From NCBI GenBank assembly GCA_040218735.1, contig JAVJQW010000060.1, forward strand, positions 12,753 to 76,752: 64,000 nt of DNA, read 5' to 3'. Origin of the DNA: Deltaproteobacteria bacterium (GTDB taxonomy: Bacteria > Myxococcota > Kuafuiibacteriia > Kuafuiibacteriales > Kuafuiibacteriaceae). The notes under the pieces were generated by a model. The model was not told the DNA's origin. It did not search any database and saw nothing but the letters and a program-made list of their open reading frames with translations. The first letter of the stretch is position 1, and every line of letters begins with the position of its first letter. Below, piece by piece: positions 21,852-34,516 of this stretch. The translations under genes and the position numbers were made by a program.

Positions 21852-23102
21852 ATGCTGAGAACTTCAATCGCGACCGCCGTCGCCTTGGGGACGTTCGTCC
21901 TCGCCGCGCCGGCCTTCGCCGTGGGCCCCAACCCCGCGTGCAGCTGGTACGGCTCGATGTCGACCCAGGAGTACGTCTTCTACAACCAGACCGGAATCAC
22001 CGGCTTCGAGCGCGGCTTCCTCATCCACTCCGGCGACTACGACACCGCCAACAGCCGCATCGACTACACGATCGAATACCTCTCCGACCCGATGGACTGC
22101 TCCGGTGAGCTCTTCATCCTCCGCTTCCCGCTGCACGGCCTCGCCGACCACGTCGAGATCGAGGTGTACGAAGCGGCCGGTCCCCTCCTCGGCGGCCTCG
22201 TCGCCGACAAGGGCACGCTCCCTACGATTTACGACCACACGAACACCCCGCTCTCCCCTGGCGTGCTCGGCCCGTTCGTGATCACCAACCCGATGATGAA
22301 CCAGGTCTCGCGCATCCTCCTCTTTCCGCTCCTCGACGCGCGCACCCTCGCCGCCGTCCCCGAGCCCCTCACCTACAACGGCGCCGCGCCCGCGAACTGG
22401 GTTCAGGAGCTCTTCATGGGCATGGCCTACCAGTTCGCGGTCGGCCAGCGCTCCGAGCTCTACTCGCTCTTCACCTTCCGCCGAATGCTCGTCGGCATGA
22501 ACGCGGCCGCGCGGCAGCGCGCGTCGGATGCGATCGACGCCCACGTCTACGACGTCGGTGAGTTCGCCGCGACCGTCTGGGAAGACCACCCGTTCGTGAA
22601 CCACGGCGTCGCGGTGACGCCGTACGTCGCCGGCGTCACCTGGGGCGGCTTCTTGAACGGCCACAAGAAGTACCTCGAAGCCATGGAGGACCACCTCTTC
22701 ACGCTCCCCGACGCCGAACGCACCCCGTTCCGCCGCACCCCCGCTTGGAACTCGGACCAGACCGTCCCCGCCGAGTTCAACATCGGCATCAACAACACCA
22801 CGTCCGTCCAGGTGATGCCCGGGTCGTACGACCCGTCGGTGATCTGCTCCAACTACGACCCCACGACCTACGCGGGCGCGACGTACTACGACCAACTCAT
22901 CGCGGCCGAGATCGACATCGACGCCGACATCGAGCCCTGGCACGGCAACACCCACGTCGACCTCGGCGGCGACATGGGCAGCGTCGCCACCGCCGGACGC
23001 GCGCCGATCTTCTTCCCCTGGCACACCACCATCGACGCCCCCTGGACCAACTGGCGCCTCTGCTGGCCGGCCTGGGATCCCGACGACTACGACTGGTTCT
23101 AA
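21852..23102 (+). CDS. Secreted tyrosinase-like (type-3 dicopper) protein
   Basis: Sec signal (APAFA); CuA-like FLNGHKKYLEAMEDHL preceded by His-rich HV..H..NHG; CuB-like WHGNTH..GGDM....APIFFPWHTTID. Confidence 0.75.
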   Translation: MLRTSIATAVALGTFVLAAPAFAVGPNPACSWYGSMSTQEYVFYNQTGITGFERGFLIHSGDYDTANSRIDYTIEYLSDPMDCSGELFILRFPLHGLADHVEIEVYEAAGPLLGGLVADKGTLPTIYDHTNTPLSPGVLGPFVITNPMMNQVSRILLFPLLDARTLAAVPEPLTYNGAAPANWVQELFMGMAYQFAVGQRSELYSLFTFRRMLVGMNAAARQRASDAIDAHVYDVGEFAATVWEDHPFVNHGVAVTPYVAGVTWGGFLNGHKKYLEAMEDHLFTLPDAERTPFRRTPAWNSDQTVPAEFNIGINNTTSVQVMPGSYDPSVICSNYDPTTYAGATYYDQLIAAEIDIDADIEPWHGNTHVDLGGDMGSVATAGRAPIFFPWHTTIDAPWTNWRLCWPAWDPDDYDWF

Positions 23103-23117
23103 ACGGAGGACCCCACG

Positions 23118-24602
23118 ATGAAGACCACAGCACTCACCGCCGCGTTCACGCTGCTCGCAAGCAGCGCGTACGCCCAGAACGTCCTCGTGATCATCGGCGA
23201 CGACATCGCCGTCGACAAAGTCAGCTCGTACGCGGGTGACTACCCGGGCTACGCGCCCGCGTACCTCCCGCAGACGGACGCGATCGACGGCCTCGCCGCC
23301 GCCGGACTCCGCTTCACCCGCGCGTGGGCGACGCCGCTGTGCTCGCCGACGCGTGTCTCGTTTCAAACGGGCAAACACCCGTTCCGCACGGGCATCGGCA
23401 CCGCGCTCGGCGCCAGCGCCGCTGGCGTCGACCCGGACGCGCACCTCATGCTCGCCGAGTCCTTCCAGAACTTCGGCTACGTCACCGGCATGTTCGGCAA
23501 GTGGCACATGGGCACGGAGGACGCCGCCGGCGTCACCGGCTACCCGGCGACGAGCCCGTTCTTCGTCGAACCGCACCCACACCGCTCGGGGTGGATGCGC
23601 TTCTTCGGGCTCTACAGCGGCTACCCCGGCTTCGGGCGCAGCTTCACCGACTGGCCGCGCGTCGGCTGGGTGGACGCCACGTCGACGGGCTACGCCGCCG
23701 ACGAGACCGCGCACCACACGAACCGCACCTCGGCCGTCGCCGTGAACTGGATCTCGAACCAGACCGAGCCGTGGATGGCGGTCGTCGCGTTCAGCGCGCC
23801 GCACTCGCCCGACACCGGCTCGTCGGCCTGGCAGTACGGCGACGCCGACGTCACGCGCTACCGCACGCCGGCCCTGTCGTGCCTCGCGACGAGCTCGTGT
23901 GGCAACGAGCCGCTCTCGGTCTACCAGGGGCTCGCGGAACACGTGGACCTGGAGATCGAAGACCTCCTCAACGGCATCCCTGACGCGATGATGGACGAGA
24001 CGCTCATCATCTTCTTCGGGGACAACGGCACGCCGGTCGCGGTGCAGGAGAGCACCTTCGCGGTCGGCCGCGGCAAGGGCACCACGTACGAAAACGGCGT
24101 GCGCGTCCCGTTCATCGTCACCGACGGCGCCACGTGGCGCACCAACGCGCCGGGCCGCATCACGAGCCCCGGTCGTGACGTCGACATCGCGCTGAGCTCC
24201 ACGGACATCTACCAGACGCTGCACATGGAGCTGTTGAGCGTCGGCGTCCTCGGCGTCGACTCGAGCTCGTTTGCGACGTGTTTCAGCAACACGGGCCAGT
24301 ACTGCAGCATCGCGGACAAGCGCTACGGCTACTCCGAGACCTACGTCGCGGGCGCCTCACTCAGCAGCGCGCGCGTCGGGGTACGCTACGGCCACGACAA
24401 GATGGTCGCCGAGTACGACCCGGCCGGAGGCTGCATGGCCGCCGAGTACTACGAGACGAGCGGCGATCCGATGGAGCTGTCGCCCACCGGATGGACCGGC
24501 ATCCGCGCGACGCGGTTGCAGGATCACTTCACGGCGCTGCACGCCTCGGAGCCCAGCTCCTGGGCGAACCTCACCGGCTCGACGATCGGCTTCTGCCCGT
24601 GA
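23118..24602 (+). CDS. Secreted sulfatase (Cys-type)
   Basis: Signal peptide (AYA), NVLVIIGDD, CSPTR formylglycine motif, GKWH, PH, DNG, KGTTYENGVRVP. Confidence 0.92.
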   Translation: MKTTALTAAFTLLASSAYAQNVLVIIGDDIAVDKVSSYAGDYPGYAPAYLPQTDAIDGLAAAGLRFTRAWATPLCSPTRVSFQTGKHPFRTGIGTALGASAAGVDPDAHLMLAESFQNFGYVTGMFGKWHMGTEDAAGVTGYPATSPFFVEPHPHRSGWMRFFGLYSGYPGFGRSFTDWPRVGWVDATSTGYAADETAHHTNRTSAVAVNWISNQTEPWMAVVAFSAPHSPDTGSSAWQYGDADVTRYRTPALSCLATSSCGNEPLSVYQGLAEHVDLEIEDLLNGIPDAMMDETLIIFFGDNGTPVAVQESTFAVGRGKGTTYENGVRVPFIVTDGATWRTNAPGRITSPGRDVDIALSSTDIYQTLHMELLSVGVLGVDSSSFATCFSNTGQYCSIADKRYGYSETYVAGASLSSARVGVRYGHDKMVAEYDPAGGCMAAEYYETSGDPMELSPTGWTGIRATRLQDHFTALHASEPSSWANLTGSTIGFCP

Positions 24603-26320
24603 GACGAGGGCTCATCGCAGGGTCGTTCGTCGGCCTCGTGATCGCCGGCGCGTTCCTCCTCCGTCCTTCGACGGAGGGGGCGCGCCCGGCGCCCGCCGCG
24701 TTCGTCGACGAGGCGCGCTGCGCCGGCTGTCACGCCGAAGAAGCGGAGCGTTGGCGTGGCTCTCCGCACGATCGCGCGATGGAGCTGCCCTCCCCTTCGA
24801 CGGTGCGTGGTGACTTCGACGACGCGGTCTTCGAGGACACTCGCCTGTTGCGCGAGGGCGACGACTACTTCGTCGAGGTCGCGGGACGACGCCACCGCGT
24901 CGTCTACACGTTCGGCGCCGCGCCGCTGCAACAGTACTTGCTCGAAGCCGACGGCGGTCGGCTGCAGGCCTCCGCGGTCGCCTGGGACGTCGACGCCGGG
25001 AAGTGGTTCCGCGTCCAGGATCCGGCCGTGCACTACCTCGGCCGCTACCAGACCTGGAACACGATGTGCGCCGACTGCCACTCGACCGGCGTCGACAAAC
25101 GCTACGACGCCGAGACCGATCACTTCGACACGCGCTTCGCGCAGATCGACGTCGGCTGTCAGAGCTGCCACGGCCCGGGCTCGCAACACGCCGATGACCC
25201 CGACGTCGCGCTCGCCGTTCGCAACGAGGTCGAAGCCTGCGCACCGTGCCACGCGCGACGCGCGCCGCTCACGGAGCGCGCGGATCCGCTGGAGCCGTTC
25301 ACCGACCACTACCGACCGATGACGCTCCAGCCGGGGCTGTACTTCGCGGACGGACAGATCCGGGACGAGGTGTTCACGTACGGCTCCTTCGCGCAGAGCG
25401 CGATGCACGCGGCCGGCGTGACGTGCACCGACTGCCACGACCCCCACGGCGCGACGAAGCTCGCGAGCAACAGAACTTGCCTGACCTGTCACGGCGCGAC
25501 GCCGCCGGATCGATTCGCGTCCCTGGCGAAGCGCAAACGCAACCTCGACACCCCCGCTCACCACCACCACGCCGAGGGGAGCGCCGGCGCGCAGTGCACC
25601 GCGTGCCACATGCCGACGCGCACCTATATGGGCGTGGACGAGCGACACGATCACCGCTTCGCGATCCCGCGGCCGGATCTGTCTGCGAAGCTCGGCACCC
25701 CCGACGTCTGCACCGACGCGTGCCACACCGACCGCGACGCGACGTGGTCCGCCGAGATCGTCCGTGGCTGGGGCGCCGAACGCCGGCCACACTTCGGCGA
25801 GCTTTTCGCGCGCGCCCAGGCCGGCAACCGCGACGTCCCGGCGCTCACGCGCCTCGCGAAGAGCGACGCACCCGCGATCGTCCGCGCGACGGCGCTGGAG
25901 TGGCTCGCGATGCCGCCCGTTGCGTGCGACACCTCGCTGGTCCGCGACCCGGACCCCTTGGTCCGCAGCGTCGCGGTGACGTGCGCGGAGGCGTTGTCGC
26001 CCACCGCGCGCGTGAAGGCGATCGGCGGCCAGCTCGAGGACGCGAGCCGACTCGTGCGCGTCGAGACCGCGCGTGTCCTCGCGCCGGTCGCGACAGCGCT
26101 CCGCGGCCCCCAGCGCGAGGCATACACACGCGCGCGGGAGGAGCTCACCCGGATGTACACGAGCCAAACCGATCGCCCCGAGGGCCACTTCAACCTCGGC
26201 CTCCTCGCCGAGGCGGAGGGGGATCGCGATGAAGCCGCGCGTCGCTACAAACGCGCGCTCGAGCAGGACCCGCTCTTCCGCCCGGCGCGCGTGAACCTGT
26301 ATCTGATGCAGCAACGCTGA
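24599..26320 (+). CDS. Multiheme c-type cytochrome with C-terminal HEAT and TPR repeats
   Basis: GTGA overlap with the sulfatase; seven CxxCH (CAGCH, CADCH, CQSCH, CAPCH, CTDCH, CLTCH, CTACH) plus one CxxxCH; HEAT-like (VRATAL, VRSVAV) and TPR (HFNLGLL..YKRALEQDP). Confidence 0.88.
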   Translation: MRRGLIAGSFVGLVIAGAFLLRPSTEGARPAPAAFVDEARCAGCHAEEAERWRGSPHDRAMELPSPSTVRGDFDDAVFEDTRLLREGDDYFVEVAGRRHRVVYTFGAAPLQQYLLEADGGRLQASAVAWDVDAGKWFRVQDPAVHYLGRYQTWNTMCADCHSTGVDKRYDAETDHFDTRFAQIDVGCQSCHGPGSQHADDPDVALAVRNEVEACAPCHARRAPLTERADPLEPFTDHYRPMTLQPGLYFADGQIRDEVFTYGSFAQSAMHAAGVTCTDCHDPHGATKLASNRTCLTCHGATPPDRFASLAKRKRNLDTPAHHHHAEGSAGAQCTACHMPTRTYMGVDERHDHRFAIPRPDLSAKLGTPDVCTDACHTDRDATWSAEIVRGWGAERRPHFGELFARAQAGNRDVPALTRLAKSDAPAIVRATALEWLAMPPVACDTSLVRDPDPLVRSVAVTCAEALSPTARVKAIGGQLEDASRLVRVETARVLAPVATALRGPQREAYTRAREELTRMYTSQTDRPEGHFNLGLLAEAEGDRDEAARRYKRALEQDPLFRPARVNLYLMQQR

Positions 26321-26380
26321 GCGCCATCGCCCGCCGCGGCGAACGACACACGCCGGTCTTCGTCGTCCAGGCGGCTTTTG

Positions 26381-27973
26381 CTACCGGCGACGCCGTCGCG
26401 CGCACCACAGCGCGCAGAGCACCAGCCCCACGACGAGCCCGGGCGATCGGCGGCGTCCGTGCGTCGCGCACGCGCAGCCCTCGTCGAGCTCGACCTCGTC
26501 CGGCGCGGTGACCGTTCCGCCGTCACGGACGACCCCCGCGTCGAGCGTGCCCGCGTCGACGACACCGGCGTCCGGCGCGGGCATCGTGCAGTCCTCCCGC
26601 CCCCGCGTCACGTCGACGGTCACCGCGGTCCAGCCCTTCGACCGCGCGCCCTCCCGTCGCTGCGCCACGGCGAGGATCTGCGTCTCGCCGTCGGCCGCCC
26701 ACGCGTGGCAGCGAAGGATCACGCCGTCCGCGCTCTGTTCCACGACGCGACCGTTCACGAGGAGCGTGAGGTCGAACCGCTCGCCCTCCGCGTCACCGAC
26801 GACGCCGATCTCCACCGCCCCGTCGATCACGTCGCCGTCCGCGACGCCGATCAGCTCGACGGTCGGCCGGTCCGCGTAGGGCGCCGCCATCGGATCGCCG
26901 AGCACGAGGTTGCGCCAGTACACGAACGGCATGCGCTTCAGGTACGCCTCCGCGAGGGTGTAGCCGTCGACGTAGTCGACGAGCAGGTGCCGCGACGGGA
27001 AGCAGTTGTTGAGCGGCTCCGCGACCGCCCCGTGCGCGCCCGCCACGCCCTGCTCGACCCAACGGGCGATGGAGACTTGCGCCTCGTCCTCGGGCGCACC
27101 GAAGTTCGCGGGGACCGCGCCCAGGCTCGTGAGGTTGTCGACGATCGCGCCCGGCCGAAACGTGTTGCCCTCGATCGTCGTGTCGAGCCGCGCCGTCCCC
27201 ACGAAGAACGCCGCGAGGGTGTGGCCGGTCTCGTCGCGTGAGAACGCGGGCCGCGAGACGTCCGTGAACCCGCGCGCGTCGAGCGCGGCCATCACCGCGT
27301 CGTACTCACGATCGAGCACCCCCCGCGCGTTGTCGGCGCCGTCCATCAGCATGAACGTTCCGTCAGCGCCGCCGAGCGCCTCCGCGGTGGTGGCGCTCGC
27401 GATGAGCCGCTCGACGTCCCGCTCCGTGCGCGCGTCGAGCGCGGTGACGAGTCGTAACGACCACTCCACGTTCTGGCCCGTCGCGACGAAACCGGGCTCG
27501 AACGGCCCGTCGCGGTACGGGTTGCGCCACGTCGCGGAGTAACACGGGGTGTTGCCGCACATGACCCGCACGCCGGCCGGCTGCCCGACGAAGTCCGCGC
27601 CGGTCGAGGTCCGCGAACCGCTCACCCCCAGCACCGCCGCGAGGGACGCGACGCCCCCCTGTAGGTTCACGCGCTGGGGCACGCCGCGCACGAGCACGAC
27701 CGCCTCGATTCGATCCCACGCTTCGCCGAGGCACGCGACGAGCGGCGCCTCCAGCGCGTCGCGGAACACGGCGACATCGATGGTGGCCTGCGTCGGGAGG
27801 TCGAGCAGGCACACGTGCTCCCGTGGGATGTCGCGCGCCGCGCGGTAGCGCTCGGCGAGCCGCACGCTCGCATCGTCGTTGACGTTCGCGACGACCGCGA
27901 CCGAGTCGGGCCCCGGCACCGCCCACGCGGCGCTCGGCGCGAGCCCGACGACGATCGCGATCAGGCGTCTCAT
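26381..27973 (-). CDS. TIGR03790-family exported protein with MYXO-CTERM tail
   Basis: [15 protein letters not shown]...[29 protein letters not shown]; C-terminus GCACAT...[18 protein letters not shown]. Confidence 0.75.
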   Translation of the reverse strand: MRRLIAIVVGLAPSAAWAVPGPDSVAVVANVNDDASVRLAERYRAARDIPREHVCLLDLPTQATIDVAVFRDALEAPLVACLGEAWDRIEAVVLVRGVPQRVNLQGGVASLAAVLGVSGSRTSTGADFVGQPAGVRVMCGNTPCYSATWRNPYRDGPFEPGFVATGQNVEWSLRLVTALDARTERDVERLIASATTAEALGGADGTFMLMDGADNARGVLDREYDAVMAALDARGFTDVSRPAFSRDETGHTLAAFFVGTARLDTTIEGNTFRPGAIVDNLTSLGAVPANFGAPEDEAQVSIARWVEQGVAGAHGAVAEPLNNCFPSRHLLVDYVDGYTLAEAYLKRMPFVYWRNLVLGDPMAAPYADRPTVELIGVADGDVIDGAVEIGVVGDAEGERFDLTLLVNGRVVEQSADGVILRCHAWAADGETQILAVAQRREGARSKGWTAVTVDVTRGREDCTMPAPDAGVVDAGTLDAGVVRDGGTVTAPDEVELDEGCACATHGRRRSPGLVVGLVLCALWCARRRRR

Positions 27974-29400
27974 ACTTCGAGGAGCAGTCGCGTCGGGTGC
28001 TCGACGAGGTCCTTGATCTTCACGAGGAAGGTCACTGCTTCGCGGCCGTCGACGAGGCGGTGATCGTACGTCAGCGCGACGTACATCATCGGGCGGATCA
28101 CGACCTGCCCGTCCACCGCGACCGGTCGCTCCTGAATCGCGTGCATCCCGAGGATGCCGCTCTGCGGCGGGTTCACGATCGGCGTCGACATCAGCGATCC
28201 GTAGACGCCGCCGTTGCTGATCGTGAAGGTCCCGCCCTCGAGCTCGTCGATCGAGAGTTTGTTGTCGCGCGCGCGTTTGCCGTAGTCGGCGATCGTCTTT
28301 TCGACCTGCGCGAATGACATCCGCTCTGCGTCCCGGATCACCGGCACGACGAGCCCGCGCCCGCCGCCCACGGCGACGCCGATGTCGTAGTAGTCGTGGT
28401 ACACGATCTCGTTTCCGTCGATGAACCCGTTGATCGCCGGGAACGCCTTGAGCGCCTCGATCGCCGCCTTCACGAAGAAGGACATGAACCCGAGCTTGAT
28501 GCCGTGCCGCTCGACGAACTGCGGCTGGTACTGCTTCCGCAGCGACATCACCTCGCTCATGTCGATCTCGTTGAACGTCGTCAGCAGCGCCGCCTCTTGC
28601 TGCGCCCCGACCAACCGCTCCGCGATCCGCGACCGCATCCGCGTCATCCGCACCCGCTCCACCGAACGCGGCCCGGCCTGCGGCGGCGCCTGAACCTTCT
28701 CGCGGTCGCCGTCGAGATCGTCCATCGTGACGCGCCCGCCGTTGGGCTTGAGGGAAGCGGGGGCGATGCCGCGCTCACGCAACGCGCGCCGAACAGCCGG
28801 AGAAGCCTGAACCTCCGAAACACCCCCGGACGTCGGCGGAGCCACGGGAGCCGGCGCTCCCCCGGTCCCGGTACCGGTCCCGGTCCGGGTCCCGGATTCG
28901 TCCGAAGCGTCGGCCTTGGGCGCGGACTGGGAATCGGACCCGGAATCGGATCCGGATGCGGATCCGGATGCGGATCCGGAAGCGGATCCGGAAGCGGATC
29001 CGGACAGGGAAACGGTCTCGGACTCGGAACCGGAACCGGTACCTGAATGGGAACCCGAGCCCGAGCCGGAACCCGAACCCGAACCCGAACCCGAACCCGA
29101 ACCCGAACCCGAACCCGAAGCCCCGGCCGAATCGGGACCCGGACCGGTACGGGTACCGGAGGTGGCCTCCTCCATGTAGGCGACCACCTCTCCGACCTCC
29201 GCCACGTCTCCTGCTTTTTTCAGGATCTTGGTGATCTTGCCGGCCACCGGGGCCACCAGATCCACATTCGCCTTGTCCGTCTCGATCACCGCCACGGTCT
29301 CGTCGAGCGACGCCGAGCTCCCGACGTCCTTCACCCACTCCGCGATCGTGACTTCGGTGATCGACTCACCCGCCGACGGAATCTTCAGTTCGATGGCCAT
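27970..29400 (-). CDS. sucB: 2-oxoglutarate dehydrogenase E2, dihydrolipoyl succinyltransferase
   Basis: Lipoyl motif IETDKA, E3-binding [46 protein letters not shown]. Confidence 0.97.
   Translation of the reverse strand: MAIELKIPSAGESITEVTIAEWVKDVGSSASLDETVAVIETDKANVDLVAPVAGKITKILKKAGDVAEVGEVVAYMEEATSGTRTGPGPDSAGASGSGSGSGSGSGSGSGSGSGSGSHSGTGSGSESETVSLSGSASGSASGSASGSASGSDSGSDSQSAPKADASDESGTRTGTGTGTGGAPAPVAPPTSGGVSEVQASPAVRRALRERGIAPASLKPNGGRVTMDDLDGDREKVQAPPQAGPRSVERVRMTRMRSRIAERLVGAQQEAALLTTFNEIDMSEVMSLRKQYQPQFVERHGIKLGFMSFFVKAAIEALKAFPAINGFIDGNEIVYHDYYDIGVAVGGGRGLVVPVIRDAERMSFAQVEKTIADYGKRARDNKLSIDELEGGTFTISNGGVYGSLMSTPIVNPPQSGILGMHAIQERPVAVDGQVVIRPMMYVALTYDHRLVDGREAVTFLVKIKDLVEHPTRLLLEV
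28868..29159. repeat. Hexamer-repeat tract (CCCGAA/CCGGAT-type) bounded by ~32-bp inverted repeats, in frame in the sucB linker
   Basis: Arm 28868-28900 matches the reverse complement of 29128-29159 with 2 mismatches and 1 indel; encodes (GS)n/(GSAS)n. Confidence 0.8.
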
Positions 29401-32613
<3,213 letters not shown>

Positions 32614-32671
32614 GTTCGAACGTGTACCGCTATCAGTGGGTGCTCACAAGCTGGTAGGAAGCGTCCAGCCC

Positions 32672-33736
32672 ATGCGTCGCTGCCCTCGCTGTACCTATCC
32701 CCTGATGCTGTTCGTCCACGAAGGCGAGGAGCTGGATCACTGCCGTCGTTGCGGTGGGAACTTCCTCGACCCGGGTGAAGCCGAACGCCTCTTCGGCGCG
32801 CACGCGGGCCCCGATCAGTGGCGCGAGAGCTTCGCGGCGAAGTCGAAGGGTGAGACCGACCTCCTTTGCCCGAAGGACCGCACACCCATGGAGGCGTTCG
32901 AGGTCGAGTTCGAGAAGGACAAGGTCGAGGTCGACCTGTGCGCGCGCTGCGCGGGGCTGTGGCTGGACGGACGCGAAGGCTTCGTCCTTCAGCGCATCGT
33001 GCAGAACGCGGAGGTGCACGCAGAGCAACGCGCGAGCGGACAGATCAAACCCGGCGCGGCGAGCTACGTCTTCCAGCTCCTCACGGGGTTCCCGGTCGAA
33101 GCGTGGAACCCCGTCAAGCGAACGCCCTACGTGGTGTACACGCTGCTCGTCGTCCTGGTGGTGACATTCCTCGCGCAGATCACCTTGATGCCGAACGACC
33201 CGAAGTGGCTCGCGCAGTACGGTGGGTTCTTCTTCCTCGTCCCGTCCGAGTTCATCCACGGCGAGCACATCTGGACGATCATCACCTGCGCGTTCTTCCA
33301 CGGCGGGTTCATGCACCTCGCCGGCAACGCGTACTTTCTGTGGATCTTCGGTGACAACGTCGAGGACGAGCTCGGCGCGACGCGTTTCATCACCCTCTAC
33401 GTCATCTCGATGATCTGCGGGAGCCTGCTGCACTTCGCGTTCAACGCGGACAGCTCCATCCCGATGCTCGGCGCCTCGGGTGCGATCGCCGGCGTGATGG
33501 GCGCCTACCTGGTGCTGTTCCCGAAGGTGAAGCTGTACGTGATGATCGTCGTCTTCCGCCTGCGCATCGGCGTGTACTGGTACCTGGGTTTCTGGATCGC
33601 GTACCAGCTCGTGATGTTCGCGATGGGCGGCCAAGGCGTCGCATGGCTCGCGCACGCCGGCGGGTTCTTCGCCGGTGCGATCTGCGCGTGGATCTTCAAG
33701 GGCGCCACCGACCACGAGACCAAGGTCGCGGTCTGA
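32672..33736 (+). CDS. Rhomboid intramembrane serine protease with two N-terminal TFIIB-type zinc ribbons
   Basis: CPRC..CRRC and CPKD..CARC ribbons; FFHGGFMHLAGN, GASG, AHAGG catalytic motifs. Confidence 0.9.
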   Translation: MRRCPRCTYPLMLFVHEGEELDHCRRCGGNFLDPGEAERLFGAHAGPDQWRESFAAKSKGETDLLCPKDRTPMEAFEVEFEKDKVEVDLCARCAGLWLDGREGFVLQRIVQNAEVHAEQRASGQIKPGAASYVFQLLTGFPVEAWNPVKRTPYVVYTLLVVLVVTFLAQITLMPNDPKWLAQYGGFFFLVPSEFIHGEHIWTIITCAFFHGGFMHLAGNAYFLWIFGDNVEDELGATRFITLYVISMICGSLLHFAFNADSSIPMLGASGAIAGVMGAYLVLFPKVKLYVMIVVFRLRIGVYWYLGFWIAYQLVMFAMGGQGVAWLAHAGGFFAGAICAWIFKGATDHETKVAV

Positions 33737-33762
33737 CGCGCCCCGGTGCTACCGTGGCGTGA

Positions 33763-34497
33763 ATGAGCTCCAAGAACGCCGTCGCCGGGGGCGGGCTCGT
33801 GGCCGCGATCGGGGCCATGCTCGCGGGCGGCCTCGACGACTGCGCCCGCCTCGTCGCACGCTCCGGCGACGACGTCGCGCGCTTCTCCGCGCGGTCGGGT
33901 GACGACGTCCTGCGCGTCGGCGCCGGCGCCTCGGACGACCTCGCGCGGCTGCCGGCCCGCGCCGCCGACGACGTCGTGGTGACCGGCGCCCACGCGGACG
34001 AGCTCGTCGCGCTCACCGACGACGTCGGCCGCGCCGCCGACTCGAAAGCGACGCGCATCTTCGACGGCGCGAGCTACGCCTCGGACCTCGCCGACTTCCT
34101 CGACGTCGAGCCGATCGGCGACGCAGCACCACCGCAGCACGCTACGGTCGTCGTGCGTCCGAGCGCACCGTACGAGTTCGAACGGACCTTCCAACGCACG
34201 CCGCGCGGCCAGGAGATGGCAGCGCTGAACGCGCTCGGGGGCGAACGCGTCGACCAAGCGATGCTCCGTTCGCTCATCCGCGCGGCGTCCGCCACGGCGG
34301 TGTCCGGGTTGGTGGTCGTGGCCTACGCGCCGCGGGGCGCCATCGTGTTCCCCGACGGCTCCACGTTGGCGTTCTCGGCGTTGGATGCGATCGCGAAGAT
34401 CAGCGGGGTGCGGGTCGCGGTCGTGACGATCGGTGAGCCCGACCCGGGTGAGGCGGGGGCGGCCTACCGCGACGCGCTCTCACGCTTGCCGCAGTGA
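33763..34497 (+). CDS. Hypothetical protein with N-terminal hydrophobic segment and short SGDD/DD repeats
   Basis: GC3-biased ORF filling the gap; ARSGDDV repeats; extended -10 TGCTACCGT 7 nt upstream of the ATG. Confidence 0.6.
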   Translation: MSSKNAVAGGGLVAAIGAMLAGGLDDCARLVARSGDDVARFSARSGDDVLRVGAGASDDLARLPARAADDVVVTGAHADELVALTDDVGRAADSKATRIFDGASYASDLADFLDVEPIGDAAPPQHATVVVRPSAPYEFERTFQRTPRGQEMAALNALGGERVDQAMLRSLIRAASATAVSGLVVVAYAPRGAIVFPDGSTLAFSALDAIAKISGVRVAVVTIGEPDPGEAGAAYRDALSRLPQ

Positions 34498-34516
34498 CGG
34501 CCGCCCCGAGGCGGTC

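Noticed and set aside
32672-33736. Rhomboid as the sorting enzyme for the nearby MYXO-CTERM proteins
   Set aside because: Rhombosortases act on GlyGly-CTERM tails; MYXO-CTERM is attributed to a different (CPBP-family) protease, and nothing links them here but proximity.
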